A DNA stretch of 64,000 nt from Hoeflea sp. GTDB taxonomy: Bacteria > Pseudomonadota > Alphaproteobacteria > Rhizobiales > Rhizobiaceae. Under the pieces are notes generated by a model that searched no databases, was not told the origin of the DNA, and worked only from the letters and a program-made list of their open reading frames with translations. The stretch lies in NCBI RefSeq assembly GCF_965204935.1, contig NZ_CBDBFO010000002.1. The stretch is one strand, 5' to 3'. Position numbers and translations under genes: made by a program. Below, piece after piece: positions 55,826-64,000 of this stretch (positions within the stretch are counted from its first letter, which is position 1; every line of letters begins with the position of its first letter).

Positions 55826-56567
55826 GTTCAAAACCGTGTTCGTGCTGGTTCCATGCAACGGTCCATTGCCCCGTCTGACCGTTGCGGTTGCGTTCAAGGG
55901 CAAGGCTCAGCCGCAAAAGCCCGATGCCCCTTTCAAGATGCGGGTCGGCCGCCGAGGCCTGCGCGCTGACGCGCCACCTCGTTGCCACCGCATTGGCCTC
56001 CTCCTCGCCGCCCTGCCGCAGGATGGAAACGAAGAGGCCGTTCTGCTGCGCCTTGAGCATCAGCCGGCGCGTCGCCGTCATGTCGAAGCGCGCCGGATTG
56101 CCCTTGACCTGGAAAACGACGCCGGCGAGCTCCGTGCACTTCGCGGCCTCGTCGCTTGCCCAAAGCGCCGATTTGAGATCCGCCGGACGCACGATCAGGA
56201 GCCGCGCGGGGTCAAGACCGAACATGGCAAGCCCGGCCGGAAACAGCTGCCCGCCATCGAGCCGGCATGCCGGGTCGCACACCCAGACGATCCGCCCCGT
56301 CCGGTTCTTCATGCAGCCGGCCAGCAGCCCGGCGAGGAAACCGCTGGCGGCGCCGATGTCGCGGCTGAGGCAGCAGCGCACCTCATGCAGGGCAAAGACC
56401 GGGAAGCCGTCCTCGAAAACCGCATCGACGGCATCGATGCCGAAACGGACGAAGCCGTGCTTTTCCCGCAGGCGCGCATGGCGCGCGAAAGAGGCGTGGC
56501 GCCGGTCGACCTTGGCGACGGCGTCCTGCAATGCCTCCATCCTCTGCCGCACATTCGTGCCCTGCAT
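55725..56567 (-). CDS. imuA: ImuA, a RecA/SulA-like protein of the SOS mutagenesis cassette
   Basis: First gene of the cassette. The ATG at 56567 lies 20 nt downstream of the LexA box. The ORF-track extension to 56741 reads through the operator. The 3' end overlaps imuB by about 90-100 nt. Confidence 0.7.
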   Translation of the reverse strand: MQGTNVRQRMEALQDAVAKVDRRHASFARHARLREKHGFVRFGIDAVDAVFEDGFPVFALHEVRCCLSRDIGAASGFLAGLLAGCMKNRTGRIVWVCDPACRLDGGQLFPAGLAMFGLDPARLLIVRPADLKSALWASDEAAKCTELAGVVFQVKGNPARFDMTATRRLMLKAQQNGLFVSILRQGGEEEANAVATRWRVSAQASAADPHLERGIGLLRLSLALERNRNGQTGQWTVAWNQHEHGFEHVPTDHVDRPAAALHRPDSASEMGQVMAFERAS

Positions 56568-56586
56568 TGTCCTTCGCTTCCCATAT

Positions 56587-56601
56587 GTTCTTGCTTTGTT
56601 C
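56587..56601. promoter_or_regulatory. Alphaproteobacterial LexA (SOS) box, GTTC-N7-GTTC
   Basis: GTTCTTGCTTTGTTC lies immediately upstream of imuA and reads GAAC-N7-GAAC on the coding strand. Confidence 0.7.
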
Positions 56602-56810
56602 TCATATAGATTCCAAAAAACATCTCTGGAGTCAAGCAAGCCTTCAGCAAGAATTTTCGCAAGATTTGTTGTATTCGCGCCGCCCCACCAACTAAAGTTG
56701 TACGACCAAAGCAGCCGGCTTTTCGCCACAAACTGGCCCAAAAGCGCGCGCAGTAGGGCGCGCCGGGGACACCATGCTGAGGGACTGTTGAAAGAACAGG
56801 AACAAAAAAC

Positions 56811-58358
56811 ATGACGGATACCCCCTCCCAGGCGAGCAGAGGTTTTATTGCCGCCATCGAACGCACCGGCAACCGGCTGCCCGATCCGGTCTTCATCTTT
56901 TTCTGGCTGATCGCGATCCTGATGGTCGTCAGCGTCTTTGCCTCATTCATCGGCCTGTCGGCCATTCACCCGGTGACCGACGAGCCGGTCAGGGCCATGA
57001 GCCTTGTGTCGGCGGAAAACCTGCGCCGTCTCTTTACCGACATGCCGGCCACCTTCACCCATTTCCATCCGCTCGGTTACGTTCTGGTCGTCATGCTCGG
57101 CGCCGGTGTCGCCGAACGCACCGGCTTCCTGGGCGCAGCCATGCGCGCCGGGGTCAGCAATGCGCCCACGGCGCTGCTCACTCCCATCGTCGTCGCCGTC
57201 GGCATGATCGGCAACCTTGCCGCCGACGCCGCCTATGTCGTGCTCATCCCGCTGGCCGGTGTCATCTTCGCCGCCGCCGGCCGCCATCCGGTCGCCGGCA
57301 TCGCCGCCGCCTTCGCCGGCGTTTCCGGCGGTTTTTCGGCCAATCTGTTCCCCGGTCAGCTCGACGCATTGCTCTTCGGCATCACCGAGGCCGGTGCCGA
57401 GATCCTCGATCCGGCCTGGAACGCCAACATCGCCGGAAACTGGTATCTGATCATGGCGCTGTTCTTCATCTACCTGCCGGTCATCTGGTATGTCACCGAC
57501 CGCCATGTCGAGCCGCGCCTCGGCAAATGGACGGGCGGCACGGTCGCCGACACGGACGAGCCGATTTCCGGTCCGCTGACCGATGACGAAAAGCGCGGCC
57601 TCAAATGGGGAGCCCTGACCATCCTCGGCGTCATCGCCCTGTGGGTCGTGCTGACAATCGGCCCCGGAACGCCCCTGATGGACCAGGATGCGCGGCCCGA
57701 GGCACGGCTGACGCCGTTCTACCAGTCGCTGGTGGCCGGCTTCTTCCTGCTCTTCCTTTTAAGCGGCTGGGTGTATGGCCATGTTACCGGCGTCATCAAG
57801 AACCATCGCGATCTCGTCAAGCTGATGTCGGCCTCCATGTCCGAGATGGGCTACTACCTGGTGCTGGCCTTCGCGGCCGCCCATTTCGTCATCATGTTCG
57901 TCTGGTCCAATCTCGGCCTGATCCTGGCCATTGACGGTGCCGAGTTCCTGCGCTGGACGAACCTGCCCGGCCCGTTGCTGCTTGCCGGGCTGCTCATCCT
58001 GTCCGGCTTCATCAATCTCTTCGTCGGCTCGGCATCGGCGAAATGGGCCCTGCTCGCGCCGATCCTGGTGCCGATGCTCATGCTGCTCGGCATCAGTCCC
58101 GAAACTGCGACGGCGGCCTATCGTATCGGCGATTCGGCCACCAACATCATCACGCCGCTGATGGTCTATTTCCCGCTGATCCTCATCTTTTGTCAGCGCT
58201 GGGACAAGAATTTCGGCATTGGCAGCCTGATGGCCGTGATGATCCCCTACTCGATCTGGCTGATGGTCACCGGTGTTGCCATCATCATCATCTGGGCCGG
58301 ATTCAACATCCCGCTCGGCCCCGGCGCCTTTGTCGAGTTCAACCTTGGCAGCTCATAA
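56811..58358 (+). CDS. AbgT-family transporter (p-aminobenzoyl-glutamate / antimetabolite efflux family)
   Basis: 515-aa polytopic protein. N-terminus FIAAIERTGNRLPDPVFIFFWL is typical of AbgT/MtrF. Confidence 0.85.
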   Translation: MTDTPSQASRGFIAAIERTGNRLPDPVFIFFWLIAILMVVSVFASFIGLSAIHPVTDEPVRAMSLVSAENLRRLFTDMPATFTHFHPLGYVLVVMLGAGVAERTGFLGAAMRAGVSNAPTALLTPIVVAVGMIGNLAADAAYVVLIPLAGVIFAAAGRHPVAGIAAAFAGVSGGFSANLFPGQLDALLFGITEAGAEILDPAWNANIAGNWYLIMALFFIYLPVIWYVTDRHVEPRLGKWTGGTVADTDEPISGPLTDDEKRGLKWGALTILGVIALWVVLTIGPGTPLMDQDARPEARLTPFYQSLVAGFFLLFLLSGWVYGHVTGVIKNHRDLVKLMSASMSEMGYYLVLAFAAAHFVIMFVWSNLGLILAIDGAEFLRWTNLPGPLLLAGLLILSGFINLFVGSASAKWALLAPILVPMLMLLGISPETATAAYRIGDSATNIITPLMVYFPLILIFCQRWDKNFGIGSLMAVMIPYSIWLMVTGVAIIIIWAGFNIPLGPGAFVEFNLGSS

Positions 58359-58370
58359 GCCCAGTGCGCG

Positions 58371-58913
58371 TCAGGACCGGCCAAGCGCTGCCAGAACGAA
58401 GGTGACACGCTCATCCACTGTCACCTTCGGCAAAAGGTGTACGTCATATCCAAGGCTGTCGAATGCCGTCTCAAGGCGATGGTATTCGGCAGTCGCCTCA
58501 TCAAAGTCGTGCCGCCGTTCGTTGTCCTTCACGTGGATCTCGGGCCACGGCGGCGCCATGAAAACCACGCTGTCATAGGGCCTCGCTCCATTCAGAGTAT
58601 TGTCCAGGGATTCTCCGCCCGAGTGCTCCAGCGCAACCGCCGCATCAATGAGTCCCCGGTCGAAAAAGACAAGCCGGTCCTGATCGCGCGACTTGCGCAG
58701 ATCCAGCCGCGAAAGGTCCACCGCACGCCGGGCGAATGCCGTCATGTCGATCCACGGCAGCGCCGTGCCGCCACGCGCCATTTCTTCGGCAACGATACGA
58801 CGACCGGGCTCCTCGACAATGCCGTAACCCCTTTTGCCAAGCGCATGAAGCAGCGTGGATTTTCCGCCGCCCGAACAACCGGAAATCAGAACAAGGCGGC
58901 TCGTGAACATCAT
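58371..58913 (-). CDS. Small P-loop ATPase/kinase-like protein (AAA_28-like)
   Basis: Walker A GCSGGGKST at the N-terminus, 180 aa, no other domain. Confidence 0.6.
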   Translation of the reverse strand: MMFTSRLVLISGCSGGGKSTLLHALGKRGYGIVEEPGRRIVAEEMARGGTALPWIDMTAFARRAVDLSRLDLRKSRDQDRLVFFDRGLIDAAVALEHSGGESLDNTLNGARPYDSVVFMAPPWPEIHVKDNERRHDFDEATAEYHRLETAFDSLGYDVHLLPKVTVDERVTFVLAALGRS

Positions 58914-58935
58914 CGCTTTCTCGAATGCACGTTAA

Positions 58936-58968
58936 CAAAAAACCGCCCTGCCGTTTGCGGCAGGGCGG
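58936..58968 (-). terminator. Rho-independent terminator of the DUF1013/TrcR-like gene
   Basis: On the minus strand, CCGCCCTGCCG-CAAA-CGGCAGGGCGG is followed by TTTTTTG. Confidence 0.6.
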
Positions 58969-58993
58969 CATCAAAATCCAGGCTCGACGAAAC

Positions 58994-59698
58994 CTATTCG
59001 CTCTGCTCGTCCGGTTTCTCGGTCTTCAGTGAATTCAGCTTGGCAAAGACGGCATCGGCGTCGATCTCGTCCTCTTCCTTCTTCGGCGGAACGATCGGCT
59101 CGTCCAGCGAAAAGCCCTCGGTCTCCTGCGCCGGCAGCAGCGTCTCGTCCTCGCGCACCACAACCTCTGACGGACGGTCCTTGGCAGCCTTTTCGACCTC
59201 CATGTCGAGATCGATCTGTGTGCAAAGCCCCAGCGTCACCGGGTCGAGCGGCGTCAGGTTCGCGGAATTCCAGTGCGTGCGTTCGCGGATCTGCTCGATG
59301 GTCGATTTCGTCGTGCCGACCAGCCGCGATATCTGCGCATCGCGCAGTTCCGGATGGTTGCGCACCAGCCACAAGATGGCATTCGGCCGGTCCTGCCGCT
59401 TGGACACCGGCGTATAGCGCGGCCCTTTGCGCTTCAGCTCCGGCACATGCACTTTCGGGTTGGACAGTTTCAGCTTGTGCGCCGGATCGGCTTCGCCCGC
59501 GGCGATCTCGTCGCGGGAAAGCTGGCCTGTCTGGATCGGGTCGAGACCCTTGATGCCCTGCGCCGATTCACCGTCGGCAATGGCTTTGACCTCAAGCGTA
59601 TGAAGCTTGCAGAATTGCGCGATCTGCTCGAAGGTCAGCGCCGTATTGTCAACCAGCCACACGGCTGTCGCCTTCGGCATGAGCAGTTGTTGTGCCAT
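58994..59698 (-). CDS. DUF1013-family protein (TrcR-like cell-cycle transcriptional regulator in Alphaproteobacteria)
   Basis: MAQQLLMPKATAVWLVDNTALTFEQIAQFCKLH... is recalled as the conserved DUF1013 N-terminus. The functional name is from memory. Confidence 0.65.
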   Translation of the reverse strand: MAQQLLMPKATAVWLVDNTALTFEQIAQFCKLHTLEVKAIADGESAQGIKGLDPIQTGQLSRDEIAAGEADPAHKLKLSNPKVHVPELKRKGPRYTPVSKRQDRPNAILWLVRNHPELRDAQISRLVGTTKSTIEQIRERTHWNSANLTPLDPVTLGLCTQIDLDMEVEKAAKDRPSEVVVREDETLLPAQETEGFSLDEPIVPPKKEEDEIDADAVFAKLNSLKTEKPDEQSE

Positions 59699-59947
59699 GG
59701 ATAATAGTCTCCTGTCCGTCCGCTCCGGGGGCGCGGGCCGTGGGTATCACCACATTTTCCGGGAAGTTCGCGCCTCTATAACGCCAATCGCGACCAATTG
59801 CAATCAAACCGATGGCCACATCGGCTTGCAGCCCATAAGTCTAATTGCCTGAAAGAAAACAACTGCTATGAAGAACACCACAATTGGGGGGACGGCCGGC
59901 ATGGCCGGGCGCAAGCCGCACCCCGATCGCCTGTAATGGAGGAGTAC

Positions 59948-61897
<1,950 letters not shown>

Positions 61898-61905
61898 CAG
61901 TTAAG

Positions 61906-61927
61906 AAGGGGGCCGAGGCCCCCTTTT
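61906..61927. terminator. Bidirectional rho-independent terminator between convergent acs and cfa
   Basis: AAGGGGGCCGAGGCCCCCTTTT. The T-run overlaps the cfa stop codon (61926-61928). Confidence 0.7.
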
Positions 61928-63239
61928 ACTCTTCTGCCGGGCGGTACAAGTCGGCCCGCGTCGGTGGCAGGCCGCTCGGGCCGCGCCGCTTGTGCGATAC
62001 CAGCGTCTGGTAGAGCTTCATGCCGTTGCGTTCGAAGGTGATCGAGCAGCCGCCGAGATAAACCAGCCACAGCCGCGTCTTGACCTCGCCCACCTCGGCG
62101 ACGGCGGCATCGTAATTGGCCAGCAGCCGGTCGTGCCAGCGGCGGCAGGTGCGCTGGTAATGCTCCCGCCAGGCCTCCACGTCATGGACCTCGAAACCGA
62201 AGCGCTCGAGGCTGGTGATCGTATTGCCGATATGGTCGAGTTCGCCGCCGGGGAAGATGTACTTCGTTATCAGTTTCGTTTCTTCGTTCTTCCTCTTGAA
62301 GTCCTTGGCGTCCCTGCGCGCCTGGCGCGTGATCGCGTGATGCAGGAACAGGCCGTTTGGCTTCAGGACGCGTTTGACCGTGCCGTAATAGGTCGGATAG
62401 TTGGCAATGCCGATATGCTCCTGGATACCGATGGCCGCCACCTTGTCGAACTGGCCCTGGACCGTCGCATAATCGGCGAGCTCGAACTTCACCCGGTCGC
62501 TCAGCCCGAGCCGCTCCGCCTTTTCCTTGGCATATTCGATCTGTTGCGTGGCCAGCGAGACGCCGAGTGTCGTCACGCCGTAGTTCTGCGCCGCATAGAA
62601 GGAGAGCGCTCCCCAGCCGCAGCCGATATCAAGCAGGTGCTCGCCCGGTTTCAGCCGCAGCTTGCGGCAGATCATCTCCAGCTTGTCCTGCTGCATCTGG
62701 TCGATATCGTTGTCCCAGTCGGTGCAGTAGGCGCAGGTGTAGACCATCTCCTTGTCCAGCCACAGGGCGTAGAAGGCATTCGAGACATCGTAGTGGTACT
62801 GAATGTTCTTTTCGTTCTCCTCGCGGCTGCCGTCACTGGGCTTCTCGTCGGACTGGTCTTCCAGCGGCCAGAGTCCGCCGCGCCCGACAAAGGCGAATTT
62901 GCGCAGCGCGTTGAACGCCGTCCACTTGCTCAGCTTCTTGCGGATTTCCCTTGTCCGCACCTTTGGCTTCTGCGCGACGAGGTCGAAAATGTCGCCATTG
63001 ACCAGATCGATGCGCTTTGACACCCAAAGGTTCGCCAGCGTCTCCATCTTCGGCTTGCGCAGCAGCGCCGCGACGATTCCTTCATCGGCGAGCTTGATGG
63101 CAAAGGCATCATCGGCCAGGTCTTCCGGCACGGTGGATCCGTCCCACAGGATGAAACCGACCTCGATTTGCATCAGGTCCCGCGCATGCGCGAGAAGTTT
63201 GCGAAGGGATTTTGCTCTGCCCCTGGCACCCATTTCCAC
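61926..63239 (-). CDS. cfa: Cyclopropane-fatty-acyl-phospholipid synthase (SAM-dependent), long-N-terminus type
   Basis: IQYHYDVSNAFYALWLD, the SAM motif LLDIGCGWG and C-terminal ...WRLYLGGC-like WLVYLGGCSITFE. Confidence 0.85.
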   Translation of the reverse strand: MEMGARGRAKSLRKLLAHARDLMQIEVGFILWDGSTVPEDLADDAFAIKLADEGIVAALLRKPKMETLANLWVSKRIDLVNGDIFDLVAQKPKVRTREIRKKLSKWTAFNALRKFAFVGRGGLWPLEDQSDEKPSDGSREENEKNIQYHYDVSNAFYALWLDKEMVYTCAYCTDWDNDIDQMQQDKLEMICRKLRLKPGEHLLDIGCGWGALSFYAAQNYGVTTLGVSLATQQIEYAKEKAERLGLSDRVKFELADYATVQGQFDKVAAIGIQEHIGIANYPTYYGTVKRVLKPNGLFLHHAITRQARRDAKDFKRKNEETKLITKYIFPGGELDHIGNTITSLERFGFEVHDVEAWREHYQRTCRRWHDRLLANYDAAVAEVGEVKTRLWLVYLGGCSITFERNGMKLYQTLVSHKRRGPSGLPPTRADLYRPAEE

Positions 63240-63367
63240 CGCTCCGTTTCAGTACAAACCGGGCGAACCTAGAGCGTATCCGTTCCAATTGAATGCACCT
63301 GATGAAGGAAAAGCGGATCAGGTGATCCGGCGGCAAACGGTCCGGGGTGCACGCCGCATCGATCCGA

Positions 63368-64000
63368 TCAATCGGGTGCCGGCCGGTAGAGATCGGCGCG
63401 CGTCGGCGGCAGGCCGCTTGGCCCCCGTCGCTTGTGCGAGGCGACCGTCTGGTAAAGCCGCGCCGTGTTTTGCCGAAAGGCGATCGAACAACCGCCCAGA
63501 TAGACCAGCCACATGCGCGTCTTGACCTCGCCGACTTCGGCGACGGCCGCATCATAATTCGCCAGCAGCCTGTCGTGCCAATGGCGGCACGTGCGCTGAT
63601 AGTGTTCGCGCCATGCCTCCACATCGTGCACTTCGAACCCGTAGCGCTCCAGCATGAGCACGGAATTGCCGATATTGTCGAGTTCGCCACCCGGAAAGAT
63701 AAACTTGGTCAACAGCTTGAAGGCCTGGGTCTTCTTTTCGTATTTCTTCCGATCCAGTTTTGCCGGACGTGTTATGGCATGATGCAGAAACAGCCCGTCC
63801 GGTTTCAGCACGCGTTTGACCGTGTTGTAATAGGTCGGGTAGTTGGCAACCCCGATATGCTCCTGGATGCCGATGGCCGCCACCTTGTCGTAGTGACCCT
63901 CTACGGTCGCATAATCCGCCAGTTCGAATGTCACCCGGTCTGAAAGCCCGAGGCGCTCAGCCTTCGCCCTGGCATAGTCGACCTGCTGGCTCGACAGGGT
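63368..64000 (-). CDS. cfa: Second cyclopropane-fatty-acyl-phospholipid synthase paralogue, 5'-truncated by the window edge
   Basis: The C-terminal 210+ aa are colinear with the upstream paralogue (…FELADYATV.G.[FY]DKVAAIGIQEHIG.ANYPTYY…WLVYLGGCSI.F…). The reading frame stays open to position 64000. Confidence 0.8.
   Translation of the reverse strand, partial: TLSSQQVDYARAKAERLGLSDRVTFELADYATVEGHYDKVAAIGIQEHIGVANYPTYYNTVKRVLKPDGLFLHHAITRPAKLDRKKYEKKTQAFKLLTKFIFPGGELDNIGNSVLMLERYGFEVHDVEAWREHYQRTCRHWHDRLLANYDAAVAEVGEVKTRMWLVYLGGCSIAFRQNTARLYQTVASHKRRGPSGLPPTRADLYRPAPD

Noticed and set aside
63109-63690. A 193-aa minus-strand ORF bridging the two cfa paralogues.
   Set aside because: It is out of frame with both well-supported cfa reading frames and spans the intergenic gap, so it is a shadow ORF.

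Overview
High-GC sequence (GC judged by eye, not computed). Its gene content points to an alphaproteobacterial, Rhizobiales-like replicon: TTT and TRAP transporters, an imuA-imuB-dnaE2 cassette with a GTTC-N7-GTTC box, and many LysR/MarR regulators. About 55 protein-coding genes are supported. No rRNA, intact tRNA or CRISPR array was found.

Layout from left to right:
- AT-rich DNA ending in a 50-nt 3' half of tRNA-Gly(GCC), probably an island att remnant.
- A MAPEG protein, an MDR oxidoreductase and a LysR regulator.
- A decaying Dpp-type ABC peptide importer. An IS5-family IS with a clean target duplication splits its binding-protein gene, and one ATPase gene is frameshifted.
- A two-sulfatase / TctABC / USP / MarR / MBL locus.
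- A methyl-accepting chemotaxis protein (MCP), then a low-GC islet.
- The most unusual region, 24.9-35.1 kb. It holds a class III cyclase-STAND-TPR protein. A three-gene minus-strand operon converges on it: a leaderless S8 peptidase, an unknown 277-aa protein, and a 1261-aa DyP-peroxidase::P450-like fusion. Upstream of that operon lies a divergent Crp/Fnr regulator, and the shared promoter region carries a perfect TGTGA-N6-TCACA box.
- A large secreted repeat protein, a TRAP transporter, and an RND/MMPL exporter with a small coupled periplasmic protein.
- A LysR / P450 / ferredoxin set and a frameshifted PLP decarboxylase.
- A 305-bp element with perfect 31-bp inverted ends.
- The SOS mutagenesis cassette with its LexA box, then an AbgT transporter, a DUF1013/TrcR-like gene, acs and tandem cfa paralogues.

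Functional calls rest on motif recognition in the supplied translations. No database search was run.
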